From: Podarcis erhardii
Taxonomy: Eukaryota
DNA length: 64,000 bases
Direction: 5' to 3' (one strand)
Assembly: GCA_964252035.1 (NCBI GenBank)
Contig: OZ176204.1
Part shown: positions 23,260 through 35,109 of the stretch, piece after piece
How positions within the stretch are numbered: position 1 is the first letter of the stretch
Layout of the letters: every line of letters starts with the position of its first letter
Notes under the pieces: generated by a model
Seen by the model: only the letters and a program-made list of their open reading frames with translations
Databases searched by the model: none
What the model was told of the DNA's origin: nothing
Position numbers and translations under genes: made by a program

Positions 23260-23777
23260 CTTCTTTCTTCTTTTTTGGCGATCACTTGTAGCCAAGTAAG
23301 ATTGTCTTCCATAAACACGGTTTTAACAATGAGTCCGTAAGTGATTGTGGAGGCCAATTCTGGATCCATACATCCTTCCACAGTGGGGACATTAGTTTCT
23401 GGGTGGGAGTTGATCACGGTGTGGATCTGCCAAGTGTGCTTTCAGCTTAGCACGTTTTTCCCTTGCATTCTGAGTTCAAGTGTCTTCAAAGTCCATGACA
23501 CTTTTAGTAAAGTCTGTTCTCCAATTGGAGCACTCGCAGGCAAGTATTTCCCAATTGTTGGTGTTTATACTACTTTTTTTTTTAAATTTACCTTGAGACA
23601 GTCTTTAAACCTCTTTTGTTGACCACCAGCATTGCGCTTTCCATTTTTAAGTTCAGAATAGAGTAGTTGCTTTGGAAGGTGATAATCAGGCATATGCACA
23701 ACATGACCAGTCCAACAAAGTTGATGTTGAAGGATCATTGCTTCAACACTGGTGATCTTTGCTTCTTCCAGTACACT
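23260..23777 (-). mobile_element. RTE-clade LINE 3' fragment with long 3' UTR (second non-BovB family)
   Basis: Minus ORF: SVLEEAKITSVEAMILQHQLCWTGHVVHMPDYHLPKQLLYSELKNGKRNAGGQQKRFKDCLK; near-identical 3' UTR at 51766-52158. Confidence 0.85.
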
Positions 23778-23781
23778 AAGT

Positions 23782-24680
23782 AAGTACTGGCCAGTTGCCA
23801 ATCTCCCCTTCTTGGGCAAAGTTCTTGAGTGGGTGATCACAGACTCTTGGAGGAAACCAGTTTTGGCACACAGCCAGTTTTGGCACACACAAAAACTGCT
23901 TTGGTCACCCTGCATGATGACCTCTGTTGGGAGAGAGACAGGGGGAATGTGACCCTGTTAATTCTCCTCAACCTCAGCAGCTTTAAATACCACCAACTAT
24001 TGCATCCATCTGGAGCAGCTGTCTGAGTTGAGGATGGGCACCACTGCTTTGCTGTGGGCCTTCTCGGTAGTGGTGCCCGCCCTGTGGAATGCCCTCCCAT
24101 CAGATGTCAAGGAAATAAACAACTATCTGACTTTTAGAAGACATCTGAAGGCAGCCCTGTTTCGGGAAGTTTTTAATGTTTGATGTTTTATCATGTTTTT
24201 AATATTCTGTTGGGTGCCGCCCAGAGTGCCTGGGGAAACTCAACCAGGTAGGCGGGGTAATCAGCATTATCATCATCATCATCATCATCCTTTTGGGGTG
24301 GTCATTTCCAGAGGGTGATGCTTGGGGAGTTCTTTTCAGCCCTGAGGAGACTTCAATGTGGAGTATCTGGAGTTTTCGAGTGTGTTGTTAGCAATATGCT
24401 GATGACACACATCTCTACCTCTTCTTTACATCTGAAGTTGTGGCAGTGGAGGTGCTGGACCCTGGTCTTGCCTTGGTAATGTACTGGATGAGAGCCAACA
24501 AACTGAAGCTCAATCCAGATAAGACTGTTAGTGGGTGGTTTCCTAGAGCAGATGGCTGAGAGGCTGCCTGCTCCTGATGGGGGTTACACTTCCTCTGAGG
24601 GAGTTGGTACGTAGCTTGGAGACACTCCTGGAGCCATTGATGTTGCTTGAGGCTCTGTTGGCTTAGACTCAAGTGCCCAG
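23782..24680 (+). mobile_element. Older L2 LINE RT fragment, interrupted by a younger L2 3' end
   Basis: Peptides YWPVANLPFLGKVLE, TALVTLHDDLCWERDRGNVTLLILLNLS, QYADDTHLYL (24392 onward) and WMRANKLKLNPDKT. Confidence 0.85.
24056..24289 (+). mobile_element. Younger L2 3' end with (ATC)n tail
   Basis: GGCCTTCTCGGTAGTGGTGCCCGCCCTGTGGAATGCCCTCCC...AGACATCTGAAGGCAGCCCTG; same family as 9656-9991 in the opposite orientation. Confidence 0.8.
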
Positions 24681-24791
24681 GCTATATTTTGATTCAGCTA
24701 GTTAATTTGATTTGTTGGTTGGCAGATCCTGTTTTTTGGGTTATATTTTAAATACATATAATCAATTTTAACCACAGTTTGTCCCACAAGG

Positions 24792-25094
24792 GAGGAGGAG
24801 GAGGAGGAGGAAGAAGAAGAAGAAGAAGAAGAAGAAGAAGAGGAGGAGGAGGAGGAGTTTGGATTTGATATCCCGCTTTATCACTACCCGAAGGAGTCTC
24901 AAAGCGGCTCACATTCTCCTTTCCCTTCCTCCCCCACAACAAACACTCTGTGAGGTGAGTGGGGCTGAGAGACTTCAAAGAAGTGTGACTGGCCCAAGGT
25001 CACCCAGCAGCTGCATGTGGAGGAGCGGAGACACGAACCCGGTTCCCCAGATTACAAAACTACCACTCTTAACCACTACACCACACTGGCTCCC
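24792..25094 (-). mobile_element. MIR/Ther1-derived CORE SINE (Squam3-like, young) with (TTC/CTC)n tail
   Basis: Reverse complement of GGGAGCCAGTGTGGTGTAGTGGTTAAGAG...GGGTGACCTTGGGCCAGTCAC...GGATATCAAATCCAAAC; body 24855-25094, trinucleotide tail 24792-24857. Confidence 0.85.
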
Positions 25095-25816
25095 ATTTTC
25101 TTTTCCATATTCCTCACTCCACACATTCATTCTCTGTGAAATTGTTGAGTTAGAATCCAGCAGTGACTCCCATATCCCAAAGAGATTTCATGTGGGCTGA
25201 TCACATGCAACAAAAGCAAAATCATATCTCCTCAAATTGAAAATAGATAATAGATATGATGGGAATGAAGTCAAACTAATCTTTCAGAGGCAACCTTAAC
25301 ATCTAGACCGCCTTTAATATTCCTGTCCTTGACATTACCGCCCTAAATCATATCCTACCAGTGTGTTTGTGGGATGTTGGTTTTTTATTTGTTTGATGGG
25401 TACAACTGATATCGGCATGCAAAATGTCACACAATGTCACAAATGCAGACTTCTTTAAAGTCTGAGCATTACTGGCGTGCAGCTGTAGGAGGTTGTGTTG
25501 ATGTTTCTTCTTAGAAAAGCTTCTTAAATGCCAGTGCCCACAGTCACAACAACAAATACGTTGTGTGTGTGTGTTTCTAAGAATATGTGCAATCAGAACG
25601 CATGAAATCATTACTAAAAAGCCATCTGGTGGGCGACAGAGCTCCTCTTTTCAGCTTTGTAAAGTTGGTAACCTTGGTGGAGTTGCCAAAATAAGAGATG
25701 CTGTTTAAAGAGATAGTAGTACTGAGCCCTGCTCCTGCCCGTTTAACAGCACCTGCCATTTTTTAAAAGGGAGAGGAGGGGCTCAATTGAAATGGGTGTT
25801 TTGGTCATTTTGCATA

Positions 25817-26041
25817 GTGTAGTGGTTAAGAGTGGTAGATTCGTAATCTGGGGAACCGGGTTTACGTCTCCGCTCCTCCACAAGCAGCTGCTGGGTGACC
25901 TTGGGCTAGTCACACTTCTCTGAAGTCTCTCAGCCCCACACACCTCACAGAGTGTTTGTTGTGGGGGAGGAAGGGAAAGGAGAATGTTAGCTGCTTTGAG
26001 ACTCCTTCGGGTAGTGATAAAGCAGGATATCAAATCCAAAC
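25817..26041 (+). mobile_element. CORE SINE, same family as 24792-25094
   Basis: Near-identical body; runs into the assembly gap where its tail should be. Confidence 0.85.
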
Positions 26042-26175
26042 NNNNNNNNNNNNNNNNNNNNNNNNNNNNNNNNNNNNNNNNNNNNNNNNNNNNNNNNNNN
26101 NNNNNNNNNNNNNNNNNNNNNNNNNNNNNNNNNNNNNNNNNNNNNNNNNNNNNNNNNNNNNNNNNNNNNNNNNNN
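26042..26175. other. Assembly gap (134 N)
   Basis: Run of N; it begins exactly at the SINE tail position and is followed by TTC, so it is probably an unresolved (TTC)n tail. Confidence 0.95.
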
Positions 26176-26257
26176 TTCTGACAGGAAGGGTGCTCCTAGC
26201 ATCTTCCCTCAAGGAGCTCTTTGTGAGTACATCAGTACATGCATAATGCCTCTTATC

Positions 26258-26434
26258 CAGGTCGAGCCCACCCATGAGGCAAGGTGAGGTGACTGCCCCA
26301 GGCGGCAGAATTCACCAGGACAACAGATCCCAATATCAATCTTTCTCCCTTCCTCATCCATTCTTCCCTGGCAGGGAGTGAGGCTACTATTTGGGGATCT
26401 ACCTCAGGTGCCAAAATGTCTTGAGATGGCCCTG
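26258..26434. mobile_element. hAT-type MITE (CAGGGCCGGCCC family), degraded
   Basis: Ends CAGGTCGAGCCC / GATGGCCCTG; 8-bp TSD CTCTTATC (26250-26257) vs TTCTTATC (26435-26442). Confidence 0.65.
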
Positions 26435-27039
26435 TTCTTATCACAGGGCAAGCTGGAAAACATGGGCAACTGGCACAACAATGGTGAGAGGTGGGCTGAC
26501 CTTCATGGACCCCACCCCTCATGTTTTTTAACCTCCCCATTTTTTTTCCCTATTTGATGATGAACAGCTTCATTTATAATCAAATCTGTCCATAACATAG
26601 CTGAGATAGGTAATGACTAAGGAAACAATATAAGCCTGTTTTTCGCAACCCAGTTGCCTGGTGCTAATTCTGACATCTATTCCTAAGCCAACTCCAGTGC
26701 TTCACTTTGCCTGCATCTTTTAATATAAATGTTTAGATCTCTGTTTATGATGGAGTATAATTTGTCTGTTTATTGAGATTGCCTGGTTGCCGCTGTTCTG
26801 AGTTATGTTGACATTATTTACGCTTAACAATGCTTTTAAAAGGTAACGCACGCACACCCCGCTCAAAAAAAGCATTTGCAATGAAGAGCCAGAGTGAGTG
26901 GAAGAATATCTGTAATAAGTAAATAAATTATCGTAAGTTATCTTCAAGTGTGGTCTAATATGGGGCAGCACACACTTCCGCAGGCTCCTCTTTAAAAATG
27001 GTATCTATGTTTGTTCCTCATGATGGCTCTGCCTCAACA

Positions 27040-27205
27040 GCTTCTGAAGACCAGTGGATGGAAACCACAGGAGGAGAAAGTGTTCTTGTGCTCGAATCCT
27101 GCTTGCTGCTTTCCCACAGGAATCTGATTTGCCTCTGTGAGAACAATATGCTGGACTACATGGTCCATTGGCCTGATCCAGCAGGCCCATATTATGTTCT
27201 TATGC
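27040..27205 (+). mobile_element. CR1-type 3' end
   Basis: GCTGGACTACATGGTCCATTGGCCTGATCCAGCAGGC...TTATGTTCTTATG tail. Confidence 0.6.
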
Positions 27206-27289
27206 TATGCTTTTACCTGAAAGGACCTACTTTAGGTTTGAAGTGTTTTTTGTTTACTAATATATTTACTTATTAGCTGACTCTTTATA

Positions 27290-27630
27290 GGTAAAGGTAA
27301 AAAAGGTAAAGGACCCCTGGATGGTTAAGTCCAGTCAAAGGAGACTATGGGGTTGCGGCGCTCATCTCGCTTTCAGGCCAAGGGAGTTGCCGTTTGTCCA
27401 CAGAAAGCTTTTCAGGTCATGTTGGCAGCATGACTAAATCGCTACTGGCGCATGGAGGACCGTGACGAGTGCCAGAGCGCATGGAAACACCATTTACCTT
27501 CCTGCTGCAGCAGTACCTATTTATCTACTTGCACTGGTGTGCTTTCAAACTGCTAGGTTTGAACCGCTGACCTTCCGATCAGCAAGCCCAAGAGGCTAAG
27601 TGGTTTAGACCACAGCGCCACCCACGTCCC
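27290..27630 (-). mobile_element. Sauria SINE (subfamily ii) with about 50-bp internal deletion
   Basis: 16-bp TSD TAGCTGACTCTTTATA at 27274-27289 and 27631-27646; CTAGGTT joins directly to TGAACCGC. Confidence 0.95.
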
Positions 27631-27693
27631 TAGCTGACTCTTTATATTCTGCCTTCGGGGCAATAAAAAGATGATCAAAATTAAAATTATCAG

Positions 27694-27696
<3 letters not shown>

Positions 27697-27741
<45 letters not shown>
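27697..27741. repeat. (AC)n microsatellite
   Basis: Read directly from the sequence. Confidence 0.95.
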
Positions 27742-27742
<1 letters not shown>

Positions 27743-29248
27743 CACCCAATCTACATAATGATTCAGCCAGAGCTAGGGATGGACAGCTTACTTCATTTCT
27801 GGTCCTTGGTAGTATTGCAAGTATCCATTCATACCTTTTCCAAGTATATTCTGCCTTACTCTACTAAAAACAAAAGAATCTGTTCAAATATTAATTTTTA
27901 AACATTATTTAAATATTTTAATACTATTTTACCACAAATTACACATTTCAAAACATACATTATCCTAAGGCAGGCACTTCTATATGCATTTTGGTACGTT
28001 GTGGTGTTTGTTTGTTTTTTGTGTGTGTTTTTGAGCAAAGAATTGCACTGCAAAATTTATAGTACTGAAAAATCTGAATTACAACTTCATGCTGATCCAC
28101 ACATTAGTGAGGGAGGTATGGATCTGATCAGTTCATATCAGAATTCGCAATAAATAAATAAATATATAAATCCTCATTTATCAAGACATAGGGAAATAAT
28201 GAAAATAGTACAAAAAGTTGTTCCGTGTCTTGTTTAATTCTGTGCAACAGGAACTCCCATAATGCCCTATGCCTATACCATAAGTCTGTTTTATGGAAAG
28301 CACATGCAATGTTTTTCTCAGTGTTGGCCGGTAATATTTACAATTACTGACAGTATGCCTTTTAGAACTGGAAGTTTCCATGTGCCTCGGTGAAAGCATG
28401 TTGTAATTTGCCTGTCACTTCTCTCAAAAGTTCATTGGCATTGTCAAGTCATGTTTAACTCAGTGGGAAAATTGAGATTTCATACTTTACTGATTCTGCA
28501 AGGCGCTCTTCCCACCTCGAGCTTTCCTGAGCAAATTGCAACCATTTCCCCTTTAGAAATTAGCATCAGCATTCATTAAAAATGTCCAAATGCTAATGAC
28601 AGCGAAAATCGCTACCTGCTCTTCTGGAGCAATGGTTATTTTAAATATCACTCCCCAAGGTATAATTCTGTGAAGGCTGGAGGTGCGGCTGTGGACTCAT
28701 CTACAAGGCTGCCACAATGGTGGGACAAGGTACAGGCAAATGTCCCATACAATGTCCTCTGATAATGTACCCAGACAGAAAACAACCTGTGGCATTTTGT
28801 ACTGGGGCTGAAGCAGGTGAAAGGAAGTGTGTGTGTCAAAAACGGAGGCAAAGTCTTCTGGCTGTTGTGTGACATTTCAACATCAACGTGTCAAAAGAAA
28901 AGAATCTGACACTGCTTCTATAATAGAGGTTACCTTATTGTCCCTATTTTAATCTTCATGCATCACAAAGCATTAGGTCTGCCTGGAGTCTTTGTTAGGG
29001 AACACCCCAGAGAAGGGCTGATCCCAGATAGGAAAATAGAAGAAAATAAACCTTCCCACTGGGTCAGATTAAGGTAGTCAACTGTGCAAGGAAGAAAAAC
29101 TTGATGGAAATAAATGAATAAGGGAGAAGCATCATGGTACCGAATGTCTGTGTTGGACTATCTTGCTAGGATTCGGCAACTAGAACAGTGGTTTGTGGTC
29201 TATTGGGAATAGAGTAACTAGGCTAGTCTCCTAAATGTTTCTGGTAAA

Positions 29249-29596
29249 GATAAAGGGACCCCTGACCATTTGGTCCAGTCGTGACCGACTCTGGGGTTGC
29301 AGTGCTCATCTCGCTTTATTGGCCAAGGGAGCCGGCGTACAGCTTCCTGGTCATGTGGCTAGCATGACTAAGTCGCTTCTGGTGAACCAGAGCAGCGCAC
29401 GGAAACACCGTTTACCTTCCCGCCAGAGCAGTACCTCTTTATCTACTTGCACTTTGATGTGCTTTCGAACTGCTAGGTTGGCAGGAGCAGGGACCGAACA
29501 ATGAGAGCTCACCCTGTCACGGGGATTCGAACCGGTGGCCTTCTGATCAGCAAGTCCTAGGCTCTGTGGTTTAACCCACAGCGTCACCCATGTCCC
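29249..29596 (-). mobile_element. Sauria SINE (subfamily i)
   Basis: 15-bp TSD AATGTTTCTGGTAAA at 29234-29248 and 29600-29614. Confidence 0.95.
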
Positions 29597-30681
29597 TATA
29601 ATGTTTCTGGTAAATTGGTATATTTAAGTATTAAAGCCTGGTGCCTCCTTCCCAAAGACCAGGAAGCTTCTGTCCGGCTTAGGGATAGAGTTGCGATGCT
29701 CCAACGGGGTCTAAGAGCCCTTCTGCCACCTTCCCAAAGCCTGCTGTACATGGAAAACAGGTCCTCAACTACGAAGCTTCTTACAATAAGATAAATGCAC
29801 AAAACTTTCATGTGCCCATTTGGGTTGATAGTTGCATACAACGAGTGCTGCTTTCTTTAGTGTAATTCTTTTCTTTTCTTTTTTAAAAAATCGCCATTGA
29901 ACTTTGAAATTTCTACAGCAGGGAGAAAAGCTTCCTCTGCCAGGGTTCTGAACATAATGCCAATTACATGTTGCTGTTAAATATGCAAGCCCTCCAGCTC
30001 TCGAATGAGCCTGAGTCTTGAATGTGTCACTCAGCTCCATCCTTGATGCCTGACAATTGCCCAAGTATGTACCAGTTCCAGTTGGGAGTGCATTTTTATC
30101 TCTTTTCCTGATGCCTATTGGCTATTTAGGGAACTTAAATGACTTCCCGTTTATGCTTGGATGTATCATAAGGCTGCTATACTGGGATTCCAAAGGCGGA
30201 ATTGACATCTGGGGGGGAAATTGGCAACCCTAATATCAAACAGCTGAAGAAATGTCCTCTGCCTATTCCTGCTCATCCCCCAAGAACCTCTGAGTTAAGC
30301 TGCCTGTCAAGGTTTAATTAATTTATACTTTGTATCCTACAGAGCAAAAGCAGCAGGTCTCCGCTGTTCCTTCCTTTAATATTTCCATACAGTAGGTAGG
30401 ATCTTATTTGTAATTGTTGGGATATGTATAATAAACAAATGCATATACTCTGACCTTCAGCTTCCTACTTGAGTGTAATAAATCAAACAAACACTGGGAA
30501 GTAATCATATTATGTTTACCCATTATTATGGTAATGCATGCTAATAAAGGGTCTGATCTCTCTTCAGTTGAAGCCAATGGAAAAGAAAATGCTCACGCAT
30601 GGTCTTGAATGTAAGCTGGGTCTTGGTTTTTTGTTGTTGTTGTTGTTTGTTTGTTTTTGAGAATAGGAACCACAAATAGAT

Positions 30682-30898
30682 AATATAATAATAATAATAA
30701 TTTTTATTTATACCCCGCCCTCCCCAGCCAAGGCCGGGCTCAGGGCGGCTAACAAGCAATAATAAAAACAAGTTGAATGAATACAACTTAAAAACAAGAT
30801 TAAAAGACAACATTAAAATATTGAAACATTAAAATATTAAAATGCAGCCTCATCACATGAGGAGAAAGGAAAAAGGAAGAGGGGGAGGGAATCAAATG
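30682..30898 (-). mobile_element. LINE (L2-like) 3' end with (TAT)n tail
   Basis: ATAATAATAATTTTTATTTATACCCCGCCCTCCCCAGCCAAGGCCGGGCTCAGGGCGGCTAAC antisense 3' terminus. Confidence 0.6.
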
Positions 30899-31008
30899 AG
30901 CGTTCAGGAAGGAGCAGAACACACAGTACACTGTGTTTCAAATATCTTACATTTTCTATCAGTTTGCATTAACTTTCACATCTCAATTAATGTTACTATA
31001 TTTGTTTG

Positions 31009-31490
31009 AGGCCCAGCTGGCCCTGCCATTAGGTAGGGTGAAGACACTGCTCCAGGCGGCAGAATCCCCTGAGGTGGAATGCTCAGTGGCGTAGCGTGGG
31101 TTGTCAGCACCCGGGGCAAGGCAAGTAATTTGCGCCCCCTAACCCGTGGATTTGCGCCCCCTAACCCGTGGATTTGCGCCCCCTAACCCGTGGATTTGCC
31201 CTAACCCCAGATGTTGCGCCCGGTGCGGCCGGCCCCCCCTGCACCCCCCACGCTACGCCACTGGGAATGCTCCCAGATGCCCAGCCTGTCCCACTGTCTT
31301 TGCCAGTGGCAAGATTGTGTCCCTTTTGGGTGCAATCTTATTTGAAATCAGGGATAGCGTGTCCAAAGTTGGCGCTGATGGCGGTGCTGGTGGCAAGAGC
31401 AGGGAGGTGGTGGTAGGAGTGGCAGCAGCGGCAGGGCCAAGTGGCACTTCCTGTTTCTCCTCAGGTGGCAAAATGGGATGCACCACCCCG
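31009..31490. mobile_element. Older hAT-type MITE (family of 26258-26434) hosting a nested MITE
   Basis: Shares GCCCTGCCATTAGG...CCAGGCGGCAGAAT and CCTCAGGTGGCAAAATG with 26258-26434. Confidence 0.55.
31084..31263. mobile_element. Young 180-bp hAT-type MITE with internal 22-bp tandem repeat
   Basis: Perfect 17-bp TIRs CAGTGGCGTAGCGTGGG / CCCACGCTACGCCACTG; exact 8-bp TSD GGAATGCT (31076-31083, 31264-31271); three units of ATTTGCGCCCCCTAACCCGTGG at 31128-31193. Confidence 0.92.
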
Positions 31491-32189
31491 GTTTAAGGGC
31501 TCCATTTTAGATATTAAAGCTGTACAGTTGCTTATACTTCTTATTACAGAAGGCAGACTATCTGTTGCACAAAAATGGAAATCCTCAGGAGAACGAAACA
31601 AAGCTCTGTGGTACAGAAATGTCTGGGAAAGTGCAGCAGCTGGAAAACAACAACAATGTGAGTTCAGATTAATGAGAGGCATAGGCAGGCCATGTGATTT
31701 TTATGTAGTGCAGCATTCCTTTATTTCATACACAAATCAGAAAGATATGAAATAGCCACCATGCTCAGCAGCCTTGAAAATGTGGAGGCCATAAATTTAA
31801 AGTAGCAACAAAGCAATGTTTTGAAAGGGTGGAAAAAACAACTATTTTCTGTTATTCATCCCTGTAATTTAATTGGGTTTTTACACAATTTTTACAGAAG
31901 AGGAAGAAAATGGAGAAACATAATTCTTTACTTTGTAAATAAGATTAATTACTTTAGAGATTATATATTATTGTACCAAATCCATGAACTGTGAAAAGGT
32001 GGTTGGTTATTATATGTTTAGTAGTCTTTCCTAATACATTTTGTTTGTCTGTTTCTCTTGAGCACATTAATAAAATTTGTGTGTGTGTGTGTGGCAGTGG
32101 AAGGAAAGTGGGCATGATATTTCAGTTCTGTTGTATTTTCTTAATAATGTTCTGAATGCACTTGCTCTACATGGAAGCCTAGGGGCTCA

Positions 32190-32914
32190 CATGCCCTCCA
32201 ATATTTCTCTGCTGAAAATAGGGAGGTCCCATTCCATAGTGATCATTTTACTATTTATACCCCACACATCTTACTGGGTAGCCCCAGCCACTCTGGGCAG
32301 CTTCCAACATATATAAAAACATAATTAAACATTAAACATTAAAACAACCTTTCCTATAAAGGATTGTCTTCAGACAGCTTTGGGGCTGGACAACTCCGTA
32401 CCCTCCAACATTTCTCCAATGGAAATACTGTAGGGACATCTGAAGGAAAAGCAGAATATTCCAGGATAAAATCAGAAATCGGGTAAAGGTAAAGGTAAAG
32501 GTACCCCTGCCCGTACGGGCCAGTCTTGCCAGACTCTAGGGTTGTGCGCTCATCTCACTCTAGAGGCCGGGAGCCAGCGCTGTCCGCAGACACTTCCGGG
32601 TCACGTGGCCAGCGTGACGAAGCTGCATCTGGCGAGCCAGCACAGCACACAGAAACGCTGTTTACCTTCCTGCTAGTAAGTGGTCCCTATTTATCTACTT
32701 GCACCCGGGGGTGCTTTCGAACTGCTAGGTTGGCAGGCGCTGGGACTGAGCGACGAGAGCGCACCCCGCCGCAGGGATTCGAACCGCCGACCATGCGATC
32801 GGCAAGTCCTAGGCGCTGAGGTTTTACCCACAGCGCCACCCGCGTCCCCAGAAATCGGGACAGCTTCTCTAATTCAGGGATATCCCTGGAAAATAGGGAC
32901 ACTTGGAGGGTCTG
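32190..32914. mobile_element. Composite element with L2-like tail (family of 7814-8135), interrupted by a Sauria SINE
   Basis: Termini CATGCCCTCCAA / TTGGAGGGTCTG are imperfect inverted repeats; the body is the reverse complement of 7814-8135. Confidence 0.7.
32484..32848 (-). mobile_element. Sauria SINE (subfamily iii, young, CpG-rich)
   Basis: Diagnostic GTACCCCTGCCCGTACGGGCCAGTC; 11-bp TSD CAGAAATCGGG at 32473-32483 and 32849-32859. Confidence 0.95.
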
Positions 32915-32976
32915 GGCTTATGCACACTTCTGCTTGTTCCATGCCTAGGAAGTACAGCCTCTGAGAGGTTTTCCAT

Positions 32977-33474
32977 TTCATAGAATCATAGAATCCTAGC
33001 TAAAGCACCCATTATAGGTGGCCATCCAACCTCTGCTTAAAAACCTCCAAGGAAGGAGCGTCCACAACGTCCCAAGGGAGACCGTTCCACTGTCAAACAG
33101 CACTTGCTGTCAGAAAGTTTTTTCTGATGTTTAGTCAGAATCTCCTTCCTTGAAACTTGATGCCATTGGTCCAAGTCCTATCCTCCAGAGCAGGAGAAAG
33201 CAAACTCGTTCCCTCTTCCATGTGACAGCCCCTGAAATATTTTAAGATGGCTGTCAGTCTCCTCTTTTCTGGGCTTAAGATACCGAGCAACTTCAAGTGT
33301 TCCTCATAAGGCTTGGTTTCCAGACCCTTGATCATCTTAGTTGCCCTCCTCTGCACACGTTCCAGCTTGTCAACATCCTCCTTGAATTGCGGTGTCCAGA
33401 ATTGGACACAGTATTACAGGTGTGGTCTGACCAAGGCAAAAGAGAATGGGGCTATTACTTCCCTTCATTTGGAC
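32977..33474 (-). mobile_element. CR1 LINE 3' fragment including ORF2 C-terminus
   Basis: Minus ORF QRRATKMIKGLETKPYEEHLKLLGILSPEKRRL; (GATTCTAT)n tail. Confidence 0.9.
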
Positions 33475-33528
33475 CGTATCCATCAACTTTGTCCAGTGTC
33501 CATCAACTTTTTTGGGGGGCAGCCTCCT

Positions 33529-33531
<3 letters not shown>

Positions 33532-33579
<48 letters not shown>
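33532..33579. repeat. (TA)n microsatellite
   Basis: Read directly from the sequence. Confidence 0.95.
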
Positions 33580-33581
<2 letters not shown>

Positions 33582-35109
33582 GGCAAAGGGACCTTGGGTC
33601 CTAGGGGTTGGCTTCTATGGTGCAGATGTGGCGTCAAGATTGTTACAAAGGTTGGCAACTTGTCAGCAATTCACAGCGGACTTCTGAGGGGTCTAAAATT
33701 CCATTCCCTGGAGTAGATGGTAACAAACCTGGACAATATGAAAATGTTTCACTGGATGGCTACTTGAGGAAGTGATGGAGGCAGAGTAGTGGGCCTCCTT
33801 TGCTGCTCTTGCTGTCACTCATGCTTGGTTGGCTTCACAGGATGTCTTTGGCCACTTGCCCTCTAGCTGTCCTTTACAAACCTGTATACTTCTTTGTAAA
33901 CTGAGAATCTCCCGAGTATGTACTAGAAGCCACTATATTATTTTTGGGTGGTTCCAAACCAATAGGTCTTCGGCAATCTCAGTTTTGCTATTTGGAATTG
34001 GTGCGTCTGTGTCTTTGCATGTGCATGCAGTCCTATGTCAGGATTCTTTCCCTTTCCCTCCTCCCAAGTAGCATCAGTCAAAAAAAAACACTTCCAAAAT
34101 TTCCATCTGCTCTGCATGTAAATCCAGCTAATTATACATTGATTGACAAGTCTATAAAAGGACATTCTTGGGAGATGATGGGTTTCGAGGCCTGCTGTAC
34201 TAAAAATGAATGTGCGTAGGCATCCAGCAATTCTCCCATGGAAAAGCTATGTAGGAGTCAAACAGACAGAAATACAGAATAGTGTGGAGAGAGTGGGGAT
34301 ATCTACTCTTCCCGCCACCCATATAGGATCATTACGTTACATAGCACTTTTCCTGTTGGCAAGTGCACACACACACACACACATACGCACAGAGCAGAGC
34401 AAATGTGGATGTTGAGCAAGATCAATAATACAACAATAATGACACAGCTTCTTCTGGGAAGAAGAAGAAAATCAATCGTGCCAGACCGTTACCTGAATCA
34501 GCAGGTTTTAATTCTTTAGAGCTCAATTGTTGGATTGAATAAATCAGAGAGCTCTGGGTGAATACCCAGCCATGTACAGTATGGGCAAAAATGAACAAAT
34601 CACAGCCGACATTTAGCAGAGCTTTCTATAAGCACTTGAGAATATTGAAACAGCAGGCAACTTTTTTTTCCCTTTTGAGAGGAGTTGTTTTTGATCTGAG
34701 CCAAGCCCTGCCAGAATTCAGCCACAGAAAACGAGGATTTGGGTGTACAATAGCCTGTTCCCAGCATTTTTTTCTCTTTAGCCCAGTGGAAATTGTTACT
34801 GTATACAAATGAATGTTGGCATGTGGGGTGGGGGGTGGGATCACATCCACTGGCCCTCTCCTCACTCCTTCCCTTCAGAGTAAGCTCAAGCAGAAGAGAG
34901 AAGTCGTGATGGCACTCACAGAATCAAGGTAAACAGGACCTGCTATGCCCTGTTTGCAGAAAGTTGCAAGTAGCATCCTTCAATCATGCTCATTTCAACC
35001 CTACCCATGAGTATTTGAATGGGGGTGCTTGCTTTCACGAGAACCCCATTCAAACGCTTGTGACATCCTTATCCACGAAAGGGCAACAGAATACCCCTAT
35101 GGATTCCTG

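Noticed and set aside
31128-31210. 22-bp direct repeats as a CRISPR array or interstitial telomere
   Set aside because: There are no spacers and the DNA is eukaryotic; CCCTAA occurs singly per unit inside a MITE.
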